Source of the DNA: an uncultured Acidobacteriota bacterium
GTDB taxonomy: Bacteria; Acidobacteriota; Thermoanaerobaculia; UBA5066
Reading direction: 5' to 3'
Length of the DNA: 64,000 bases
NCBI GenBank assembly: GCA_963779415.1
Contig: CAVZYA010000001.1
Coordinates: forward strand, 2,120,207-2,184,206
The notes under the pieces were generated by a model. It was not told the origin of the DNA. It searched no databases and saw nothing but the letters and a program-made list of their open reading frames with translations. Within the stretch, counting starts at the first letter, position 1; each line of letters starts with the position of its first letter. A program made the translations under genes and the position numbers. Shown piece after piece: positions 52,594-61,701 of this stretch.

Positions 52594-53244
52594 TCACTCG
52601 CAGCAATGCCGGTGCGTCCGCGAGAGCACGGCAGTGGCTCTCGCGGACGCCCGGGCGAGACCATCACGCGACGCGGAGGCCCGCTGGAGCTCGCGCGCTT
52701 CGCTGCGCACCCAGCTCGAGGTCACGATGCGCGTGATTCCGTTGAACAGGACGCCTGCGCCGACCATCGTCCCGATCGCCCAGACCGAGCTGAACGGCCA
52801 CTGCGCGAGGATCAGGATCCCGAGGAGCAGGCTGACGAGGCCGCTCAGGAAGAACCAGCCGCGGCCGGCCCCCTGGGAGCCGAGAAGCCGAGGACCGTCT
52901 CGACGACGGCCTCGGTGATCAGCATCACCCCGAGCACCGCGGTGAGCGTCAGCGACGCCCATGCCCGGCAGAACGCGATGAGGCAGAGCCCGGCGACGCC
53001 ATAGAGGAGGCCGAGCAGGAGCTTGAGAAAGAAGCTGCCCGGCGGTGGGCGAGCGTGAACGCGAAGACGAGCTGCGCGACGCGCGGCGACGAGGAGCGCC
53101 GCTCCGAAAAAGACGGTGGAGAGCGGCGGCGGTCGCGAGCGGGTAGATGATCATGACGGCGCCGACGGCGGCCGTCAGGATGCCCATGAAGATGCTCCAG
53201 CCGGCGTGCTTGGAGACTTCCCGGGAGAGCGTTTCCGTGGTCAT
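52594..53244 (-). CDS. HdeD/DUF308 family membrane protein (frameshifted)
   Basis: GWSIFMGIL, GWFFLSGLVSLLLGILILAQWPFSSVWAIG; middle part shifts frame; 3' end uncertain. Confidence 0.75.
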   Translation of the reverse strand: MTTETLSREVSKHAGWSIFMGILTAAVGAVMIIYPLATAAALHRLFRSGAPRRRASRSSSSRSRSPTAGQLLSQAPARPPLWRRRALPHRVLPGMGVADAHRGARGDADHRGRRRDGPRLLGSQGAGRGWFFLSGLVSLLLGILILAQWPFSSVWAIGTMVGAGVLFNGITRIVTSSWVRSEARELQRASASRDGLARASARATAVLSRTHRHCCE

Positions 53245-53286
53245 GACAAATTCTCCTCTTGTATCTCTCTGTTGTATTTCTTGGTT

Positions 53287-54007
53287 TCAGACGCGGGTGT
53301 GCGCCAGGTCCTTGAGGGCCCGGCCGGCGGCGGCGGCGTTCTTCTTGAGGATTTCTCTCTTCGCTTTCTGGCGCGCTTCGAACGCGTCGTGCTGCTGTTT
53401 GGCCTTCTCGAGCTGCGCGTCCACCTTCGCCTGGAGCTGATCGATCTTCTTCTGGAGCTTCGCGCGCCGGTCGGCCTGGGCCTTCGAGATCTCGCTCTTG
53501 AGCTGCTTGAGATCCGCCTTCATCGCGCCGATCTCCTCGTCGCGCACGGTCTTCCTCACGTCCCACAGAGCGCGGCGGAGCACGGTCCCGCCGAGCGCCT
53601 CCATCCGCGTGTCGACGGGCGTCGTCCAGTCTTCCTCCACCTCCGCGACGACCGCGACCTTGTTCGGCGTCAGCGACTTCGAGACGTCGTCGAGGAAGTC
53701 CCCGCCGACGCGGGCGTTGTCGACGTCGGAGAGCGCGCCGAGCGCGAGACCCGACGCCGCCCCGATGGCCACGCCCACCGGTCCCCCGAGGAGCCCGATC
53801 AGGCCCCCGACGGCCGTACCCGCCAGCGAGCCGAACGGTCCAGTCCGGCTCGACCTGCTTGAGGCTGACGGTGCCCTCCGCGTGCTTCACGATCACCGCC
53901 CGCTCGTAGATCGTGAGGAGGCCTTCGCGCTCCAGCTGCTTGAGGGCCGATTCGCCCTCATAGGCCTTCTTCTCGTTGTCGAACACCACGACCAGCATCC
54001 GTTCCAT
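53287..54007 (-). CDS. DUF1269 family protein (frameshift near 53845)
   Basis: MLVVVFDNEKKAYEG; Gly-zipper GGLIGLLGGPVGVAIG; EEDWTTPVDTRMEALGG; coiled-coil tail. Confidence 0.78.
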
Positions 54008-54045
54008 TTCCGTTTCTCCTTTCGGGTCCGTCGGTAAAGAGCGCG

Positions 54046-54321
54046 TCACTCGGAGTCGCCGAGCCTCTCCCTCTCCAGGAGGACCCAGGCGCGGACGTAC
54101 GGCGGAAGGTTGCGGAGCGCGAGGCCTCCCCGTTCGACCGCCGCGAGGAAGCGGACCGCGTCGAGATCGACGAGTTCCACCTCCTGGAGGTCGAGGGCGA
54201 CGGGGTTCGGCATCTCCGCGATCAGGGCCTTCAGTTGTTGGACGTCCGGCGAGGCGATCCTCCCGACGAGCTTGAGAAGCGTCGGCGAGTCGTTCGGGGC
54301 GGGCTCAATCCTCAAAACCAT
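54046..54321 (-). CDS. Small STAS-like protein
   Basis: LKLVGRI, VALDLQEVELVD, LRNLPPYVRAW. Confidence 0.7.
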   Translation of the reverse strand: MVLRIEPAPNDSPTLLKLVGRIASPDVQQLKALIAEMPNPVALDLQEVELVDLDAVRFLAAVERGGLALRNLPPYVRAWVLLERERLGDSE

Positions 54322-54335
54322 CGATTGCCTCTAGG

Positions 54336-54351
54336 GCAACCGGGGTGCCAA
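54336..54351 (-). promoter_or_regulatory. sigma54 (-24/-12) promoter of the STAS-DUF1269-HdeD-DoxX operon
   Basis: Minus strand TTGGCAC-CCCGG-TTGC, an exact consensus match. Confidence 0.8.
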
Positions 54352-54409
54352 CGTGAAGCCGTTGAACTGAATCGACTTGAGCGGGAGCCCGATGGCGAAC
54401 CTCGGCAAT

Positions 54410-54430
54410 TGGCGGGTTTCGACACCGCCA
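54410..54430. promoter_or_regulatory. Candidate enhancer (UAS) palindrome
   Basis: TGGCGG-N9-CCGCCA midway between the two divergent sigma54 promoters. Confidence 0.4.
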
Positions 54431-54485
54431 TTCGCGCGGCCCGTCCCAGCACGTCTTCAACCCCTCATCGCGTCGTGCCGTCACG

Positions 54486-54500
54486 TGGCCCGCCCTTTGC
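54486..54500 (+). promoter_or_regulatory. sigma54 promoter of ftsH
   Basis: TGGCCC-GCCCT-TTGC with GG-N10-GC spacing. Confidence 0.65.
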
Positions 54501-54530
54501 GAAGGCGCGCGGAGAGAGACCTGGGGGTAG

Positions 54531-56457
54531 ATGATGAACGCACCTGAATCGTCACCACGAAAGCCCGTCCCGAAGATGAAAAGAAGCGCCAGGAGCAGAG
54601 CCGGCGACAGTTTCGGTTCACGATCAGCTACGTGCTCTCGAGCCTCGTCGGCCTGTGGCTGTTCCAGCAGCTCGTCTTGGCGCCGCTGACCAAGGGCACG
54701 GAGATTCCGTACAGCGAGTTCAAGACACAGCTGGCTGCCGGTCAGATCGCGAAAGTCACCATCGGCGCACGGGGCATCGTCGGGGAGATGAAGAACCCGA
54801 ACCGGGCGGAACTCCTCCCGTCGTCCCTTTCAATACGGTCTCCGCGCCCGCCGGCGACCCGAAGCTCATCGAGGAGTTACAGACCGCCAAGGTCACGTAT
54901 CACTTCGAGCGGCCGCCGAACTGGCTGGGTGGGCTCCTGCTGAACCTTCTGCCGCTCGTGCTCCTCGGCAGTTTCTGGTACATGGCATACCGGCGAGGGG
55001 GCGGGGCCGCAGGCGGCGGGCTGGGCGGCATCTTCGGGGTCGGCAAGAGCAAGGCCACCGAGGTCAAGCCCGAAGACGTCGGCGTCACTTACAAGGATGT
55101 CGGCGGGGCCGACGAGGCCATCGCCGAGCTGCAGGAAATCATCCAGTTTCTGAAGACGCCCGAGAAATTTGCCAGCCTGGGCGGGCGCATCCCCAAGGGC
55201 GTCCTGCTGGTCGGGCCTCCCGGGCACCGGCAAGACGCTGCTGGCCAAGGCGACGGCCGGCGAAGCCGCAGGTGCCTTCTTCGAGACCAGCGGCTCCGAG
55301 TTCGTCGAGATGTTCGTCGGCGTGGGCGCGGCGCGCGTGCGCGACCTGTTCGAGAAGGCGCGCAAGGTTGCGCCGGCGATCGTCTTCATCGACGAGATCG
55401 ACGCCATCGGCCAGAGCCGGCGGAGGCGTGATGCGCCTGGGCGCCAACGACGAGCGCGAGCAGACCCTCAACCAGTTACTGGCCGAGATCGACGGCTTCA
55501 ACACCGACATCAACCACCCGTGATCATCATGGCCGCCACCAACCGGCCGGAGGTGCTCGACCCGGCCTTGCTGCGCGCCGGCCGCTTCGACCGCCAGGTG
55601 GCGGTCGGCAACCCGGACCTGACCGGCCGGATCCAGATCCTGAGCATCCACAGCAAGAACGTCACGCTGGCGCCCGATTTCGACCTGGAGCGGGCGGCGC
55701 GCATCACGCCGGGCTTCAGCGGGGCCGACCTGGCCAACGTCATGAACGAGGCCGCCTTGCTGGCGGCTCGCCGCAAGGCCGAGGCGGTCACGATGAACGA
55801 TTTCGAGGCCGCCATCGAGCGGGTCGTGGCCGGGCTCGAGAAGACGAACGCGGGTGATGAACGAGCACGAGCGCAACGACCGTGGCCTACCACGAGACCG
55901 GCCATGCCCTGGTGGCCGAGCTGGTGCCGCACGCCGAACCGGTCGCCAAGATCAGCATCGTGCCCCGCAGCCGCGGCGCGCTTGGGCTACACCATGCAGA
56001 TGCCGACCGAGGACCGCTACCTGCTGACCAGGGAAGAGCTGGAGGACCGCATCGCGGTGATGCTGGGCGGGCGGGCGGCCGAAAAGGTGGTGTTCGGCAC
56101 CATCAGCACCGGCGCCAGCGACGACATCAAGCGGGCGACCGAGCTGGCCCGCCGCATGGTGACCGAGTTCGGCATGAGCGAAAAGCTGGGTTCGGTGCGC
56201 TACGCCGGCCAGCAGCTCCAATACCTGGACGGCGCGGTGCGAGGACAACAGCCAGATCAGCCCGGAGACCGCAGGTGATCGACGAAGAGATCCAGCGCAT
56301 CATCACCGAGCAGTACGAGCGTGCTCAGGAATTGCTGAAGGAGCACCGCGCCGCGCTCGAAGATCCTGGCGCAGCAGCTGCTGAAGCAGGAGACGGTGAC
56401 GGGCAGCGCCGTGGCGGCAGGCGCTGGCAGACATTCGCGTCCGCATTTCGAAGATAG
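54531..56457 (+). CDS. ftsH: ATP-dependent zinc metalloprotease FtsH (multiple frameshifts)
   Basis: IPYSEF, VTYKDVGG, RIPKGVLLVG, GTGKTLLA, FIDEIDAIG, EREQTLNQLL, ATNRPEVLDPALLRAGRFDRQ, AYHETGH, GGRAAE, distributed over three frames; ends approximate. Confidence 0.88.
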
Positions 56458-56506
56458 GGCTTCCGAGTTCTTCGCCGGAGCCGGCCAGTGCGGCCGCTGT
56501 GCGGCC

Positions 56507-57040
56507 GTGACCTTGCGTCGAGGCGCCTTCGTTCTGGTTCTGCTCGCGCTCGCGCCGGCATTTCGAGGCGAGGCGGCCGAGCCGCCCGGAGACTCCTGCC
56601 CTTCGCATCTGTTCGTCCTCGGACGAAGCAAGAACGCCAACATCGTCGTGTACGACGCGAATCGCGACCCGGCCGGCGATCTCGCCTCTTCCGATCCCGT
56701 GGTCGCCTACTGGCTCCTGAACGGCGAGAGCGGGGCGCGCGAGGAGTTGAACCTGGTGGAGCGGCAACGCGCCTACGGATTCGATCTCACGCCCGGCGAG
56801 ACTCCGGGGACGTTCGAGATGGCCTTCAAGGCCGGGCGAAGCAGGCGCCTCGTCGTCGCATCCTCAACGGATGCCCGGTGGCAACCGGGGCGATCGGCGG
56901 TCACGACGGAGTCCTTCGCAGGATGTTCGTCCAGTCGACGGAGGGTTCTCCAGCCAGGATCCAGTACGTCGAGTTCTTCGGCGAGGACCTCACGACCGGC
57001 AGGCCTCTCGACGAGAGGTTCATTCGGGAAAGCGGTGAAA
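56507..57040 (+). CDS. DUF4833 family exported protein (frameshift near 56860)
   Basis: Signal peptide; [23 protein letters not shown]...[11 protein letters not shown]; ends approximate. Confidence 0.65.
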
Positions 57041-57080
57041 GACCGGACGCGACCTTCCGGAGACAGCCCGAGCCGCGGGC

Positions 57081-58518
57081 CTATCCGGCCTTGAATCGGT
57101 GCTTGTCGATGTGCAGCGAACGGATCTTGGACTCGAGCGTGGACCGGGGGATGCCGAGCTCGGCCGCCGCGCCGTCCGGGCCGGCGACGCGGCCGCGCGA
57201 CCGGGCGAGGGCGCTCTCGATCGACTCCTTCTCTTCGCGGCTGCTCAGCCGGCCCAGGCGACGTGCGCCGGTCGGCGCCCGGGTCGCCGGCCGGGCGAAC
57301 CACGTCTCGTCGACGGCCAGCGTGCCCTCGCTCAGGATCACCGCGCGCTGGATGACGTTCTGCAATTCGCGGACGTTTCCCGGCCAGTCGTAGGACCGGA
57401 GCAGGTCCATGGTCCTCCGGCTCACCTCCGTGATCCTCTTCCCCGCCTTTGCGGCGTAACGCTGCGTGAGGTATTCGACGAGCAGCGGAATGTCCTCGGC
57501 GCGGTCCCTCAGCGGCGGCACGTGGATCGGAAAGACGCTGAGCCGGTAGTAGAGATCGCTCCGGAACGCGCCGTCCGCGATCGCCTTGTCGAGGTCGCGA
57601 TTCGTCGCCGCGATGACGCGGACGTCCACCGGGATGGACTGGCTGCCGCCGACGCGTTCGAAGGCCCGTCTCCTGTAGGACGCGGAGCAGGGCGATCTGC
57701 GTTTCTGCAGGGAGCTCGCCCACCTCGTCGAGGAAGATGGTTCCTCCTTCCGCCAGCTCGAAGCGCCCGAGGTGGCGCTGAAGGGCGCCGGTGAACGCTC
57801 CCTTTTCGTGGCCGAACAGCTCCGACGTGACCAGGGACGGCGGAACCGCGCCGCAGTTGACGGACACGAACGGCCGCGAGGCCCGGGGTGATTTCTTGTG
57901 AATGGCGCGGGCGACCAGCTCCTTCCCGGTGCCGGTCTCGCCGGTGATCAGGACGGTCGAATCGGTGCTCGCCACCTTGCTCACGAGCACGAGCACCCGC
58001 CGCAGCGGCGCCGAAGAGCCGACGATCTCCTCGAACATCGAGGTCTGGCTGACCTCGTCGCGGAGGGCGATGTTCTCCTTCTGGAGCTGATCTTTGAGCT
58101 TCTGCAGCTCCTGTTCGGCGCGTTTGCGGGCGTCGATGTCCGTGAACGTGCCGTACCACCGGAGGATCGCCCCCTTGTCGTCCCGAAGCGGAACGGCGCG
58201 GGTCAGGAACCATCGATAGGTCCCATCCGCGCCGCGGACCCGCATTTCCTGGTCGGGGGCACGCCCCGCGGCGATGGCGTCCCGCCAGTCCTGCACGACG
58301 CGTTCGCGGTCCTCCGGATGGAGCACCTTCGCCCACTCCCACATGAGGGTCTCGTCCTTGCGAAGACCCGTCTGCGCGAACAAGCGGCCGGTGATGAAGT
58401 CGATGGCGCCATCTGGCCGGGCGGTCCAGACGAAGGCAGGGATCGTCTCGAGAATCGTCCGAAGCTCCCGCTCCGTCTTTCGGGGGGTCTCTTGATCCGG
58501 AGGCTCCATCTCCTTCAC
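57081..58518 (-). CDS. sigma54-dependent activator, PAS-AAA-HTH (FhlA/NtrC-like; frameshift near 57670)
   Basis: PAS ([17 protein letters not shown]); [61 protein letters not shown]. Confidence 0.92.
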
Positions 58519-58570
58519 GAAGATCCTCGTTGGACGGAGAGTCTACTTCCAGCCGCCATTGAGACACGTA

Positions 58571-58644
58571 ATGGCTCCGCAGTCGGCCGGCTGCGCGAAC
58601 GTCGTTCTCCGTCTTGAGAACGGAGATTCAACCTGTTCTCAGCC
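58571..58644. repeat. 74-bp structured repeat, copy A
   Basis: Ungapped match to 60127-60200, 59/74 identical by manual count. Confidence 0.85.
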
Positions 58645-58871
58645 TCGAACTCTCTGCGGCTCAAGCGCTTCTACGACGTCGTCCCTTCCTGCCCCGGAAG
58701 TGCCCCCCCAAGGCGTCACAGCCTTCCAACACTCGCCGACGCTACGATTCTGGCGATTCACAACCCTCGGTCCGGTGAGGCGGTGACCTCGACCCGCGGT
58801 GCTACGATGAAAATTGGGCGGCCGGACTGGAAGTGGGGCGTGCCTGTGGCACGCCGTTGAAAGGGGGCACG

Positions 58872-60113
58872 ATGAAAGTCCTCGTCTTCGGCGGCAGCGG
58901 CAAGATGGGCGCGGCCGTGGCCTTCGACCTCGTCCGGGATCAGACCGTGGAGGCGGTCGGGCTCGTCGGCCGGCGCCGCGAGGCGCTCGAGCAGACGCGC
59001 GCCTGGCTCGGGAGCGACAAGGTGGAGCTTCACGCCCTCGACATCGAGAGGAAGGACGACGTGATGGCGCTCATGGGTCGCTACGACGTCGGCGTCAACA
59101 CGCTGCCTGATCGCCACACGAGCTACATGGTCGTCGACAGCGCCGTGAGGTCAGGTTTCGACATCGTGGACATGCTCGAGGAGTACCACCGGCGGCCCGA
59201 CGCGTACGAGCTCGAGGGCCTCGTCCTGCCTGCGGGGGTGACCCTGGACGACTACGGCGACTGGCTCCACGAGACAGCCCTCGCGAACGACGTCTGCTTC
59301 CTCGACGGCATCGGCTTCGCGCCGGGCCTGAGCAACATCACATGCGGCGAGGCGATCCGGAAGCTCGACGTCGCCGAGTCGGCGATCGCGCGCGTAGGAG
59401 GGATCCCGGAGAAGTCCGCGGCCGCGCGCCACCCCCTCCGCTACATGATCACCTGGGCGTTCTGGCACGTCCTTCGCGAGTACATGATCAAGGTCTGGGT
59501 GAAGAAGGGAGGCGAGCTGGTGGAGGTTCCGGCAACGGCCGAGCGGGAGCGGTTCCGGTTCGACAAGCTCGGCCGGGACGAGGAGCTCGAGTGCGCCATC
59601 ACGCCGGGGATGCCGAGCTTCATCTCGACGCGGCCGCAGCTCGCGGAGTTCGCCGAGAAGACGGTCCGCTGGCCGGGGCACTGGGATGGCGTCCAGACGC
59701 TGAAGGAGTGCGGCCTTCTCGACCTCGAGCCTCAGGAGTTCGGCGGAATAAAGGTGGTGCCGCGCGACTTTCTCCTCTCCCGCATCGAGCCGCGCCTCAG
59801 GGCCAACCCGGGCGAAACCGACGTCTGCGTGATGGTCAACACCGTGACCGGGACGAAGGACGGGGTGAGGACGAGGATCTCGTACCACATGTGGGACGAG
59901 GCGGACAGGGTCCACGGGATCTCATCGATGGGCCGCGTCACCGGCTTCTCGGCGGCGATCGGTGCCGTGATGATCGGCGCGGGGATGATCGCCGAGCGCG
60001 GGATCGTCCCACCCGAGGACGCCATCTACGGCGCGGGCTACGCGCACTTCATGAAGGAGCTTGAGAAACGGGGCATCGTCGTCCTCGAGACTGTGGAGAC
60101 GGAAGTCCCGTAG
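58872..60113 (+). CDS. Saccharopine dehydrogenase / lysine 6-dehydrogenase family oxidoreductase
   Basis: VFGGSGKMG Rossmann motif; GFAPGLSN, VGGIP, YMITW, EKTVRWPGH, SSMGRVTG, GIVPPE. Confidence 0.9.
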   Translation: MKVLVFGGSGKMGAAVAFDLVRDQTVEAVGLVGRRREALEQTRAWLGSDKVELHALDIERKDDVMALMGRYDVGVNTLPDRHTSYMVVDSAVRSGFDIVDMLEEYHRRPDAYELEGLVLPAGVTLDDYGDWLHETALANDVCFLDGIGFAPGLSNITCGEAIRKLDVAESAIARVGGIPEKSAAARHPLRYMITWAFWHVLREYMIKVWVKKGGELVEVPATAERERFRFDKLGRDEELECAITPGMPSFISTRPQLAEFAEKTVRWPGHWDGVQTLKECGLLDLEPQEFGGIKVVPRDFLLSRIEPRLRANPGETDVCVMVNTVTGTKDGVRTRISYHMWDEADRVHGISSMGRVTGFSAAIGAVMIGAGMIAERGIVPPEDAIYGAGYAHFMKELEKRGIVVLETVETEVP

Positions 60114-60126
60114 CGATGCCGGTCCC

Positions 60127-60200
60127 ATGGCTCCGCAGTCGGTCGGCTGCGCAAACTGCGTTCTCAGGGCGGGGAGCCGAGATTCAACTCGTTCTCGGCC
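60127..60200. repeat. 74-bp structured repeat, copy B
   Basis: See copy A; starts 14 nt after the dehydrogenase stop codon. Confidence 0.85.
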
Positions 60201-60276
60201 CCGGTCTCTGGCGCTGCGCGCGCACACCTCGTCCCGGGGCTGAAGCCGCTCGCCTCCTATACTTCCGCGAAATTTC

Positions 60277-60965
60277 ATGACGTTCGCCCCCGCACTCGCC
60301 TCGGCGCCTACGAGATCCTTGCCCCCATCGGCGCGGCAGGGATGGGCGAGGTCTACCGGGTGAAGGACTCCAAGCTCAAGCGCGACGTCGCGATCAAAGT
60401 GTTGCCGAAGACGCTTGCCGCAAACCCTGATGCCCTGGCGAGGTTCGAGCGCGAGGCGCTGGCCGTTGCGGCCCTTTCCCACCAGAACATCCTCTCGATC
60501 TTCGACTTCGGAAAGCAGGACGGCGTCTCCTACGCCGTGATGGAGCTGCTCGACGGCGATACGCTGCGCGGAAAGCTCGACGCGGGCCCCATCTCCCAGA
60601 AGCAGGCCGTGGACTACGCCCTCCAGGTCGCCAAGGGCCTCTCCGCCGCTCATGAGAAGGGCATCGTCCACCGGGACCTGAAGTCCGAGAACCTCTTCGT
60701 CACCAAGGACGGCCACCTCAAGATCCTGGATTTCGGGCTGGTGAAGAAGATCGAGACGGTCTCCCCGGACGAGGGGACGAGCGCGCCGACGGGCTCAGGT
60801 CATACAGAGACCGGAACGGTCATGGGAACGATGGGCTACATGTCGCCCGCTCTGGACCACATCGTCTAGCATTGCCTGGAGAGGGACCGGAACCATCGGT
60901 TTCAGACGGCCAGGGACGTCGCGTTCAACCTCTCGCAGCAGTCCTCGCCGACCCTTTCGAGAGGG
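60277..60965 (+). pseudogene. Ser/Thr kinase pseudogene
   Basis: Early frameshift, HRDLKSEN, internal deletion joining YMSP to ALDHIV, in-frame TAG at 60867, then HCLE..RFQTARDVAFNL; close paralog of the 39800 kinase. Confidence 0.88.
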
Positions 60966-61029
60966 GCACCGCTGCCGCGCATGGAGCAGACACGAGACGA
61001 AGGCGCCGTCTTCAAGCCGCCGCCGACCC

Positions 61030-61580
61030 CTTCCACCTCGCCTCCGTCACCGCGGCGGCGGAGGTGTTGCCGAACGTAGGCATCGCCCTCGAAATCGCCG
61101 AGGCGCCCGGCCGCTCGTGCGCTCGACGAGCGTGACTCGCTCATCGAGAAGGGGCTCGTGCGCGTCGTGGGCTCGGGCGGCCGCTATGCTTTTCTCGAGA
61201 CGATCCGCGCCTTCTCCGCCGAGCAGCTCCATGCCGGCGGCGAGGTGGACGCCGTTCGGCAGGCCCATGCCGACTACTTCCTCGTGTTCGCGAGCGGGGT
61301 TGACGCGGGCATCAAGGAAAGGGGACAGCTCGAGGCGATGCACCGCGCTCGCGAACCTGGCCGCCGGGATGGTCTCCACCGTCACCGGTGAGTGGGAGCG
61401 ATCGCTGGGTGAATGGACCGCCGGTTACACGGATGGCGAGGCCGTCCGCGACGAGGAAGCTGCGGCAGAGGGGATGATGGGTGTGGGGTACTGCCACCTG
61501 CACGGCGGGCGCATGGAGGAGGCGCGCAGGGCGCTCGACGAGGCCATCGCGCGCAGCGCGGGCGGCGTGGGCGCCATCGG
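61030..61580 (+). pseudogene. Remnant of an ATPase-TPR (AfsR/MalT-like STAND) gene
   Basis: Discontinuous pieces LASVTAAAEVLP..ALEIAEAPGR, SLIEKGLV...RY.FLETIRAF...AHADYF, and TPR-like helices. Confidence 0.6.
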
Positions 61581-61701
61581 CGTGTCGCCCGGTTTCGCAA
61601 CCGTCGCGTTAACCGGGGCAGACGCGTTCGCCGGCGCCCGGGAAGGGGACGAGAATGGACTTTCTTCCCGCAGAAGGCGTACGCTCGCCCGGAGGCGCAA
61701 A

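Noticed and set aside
58847-58862. TGGCAC upstream of the dehydrogenase as a sigma54 promoter
   Set aside because: No GC at the required GG-N10-GC position
61117-61701. N-terminal 195 aa of the 944-aa ORF as part of the secreted protein
   Set aside because: That stretch is pseudogene debris; RBS and signal peptide place the start at 61702
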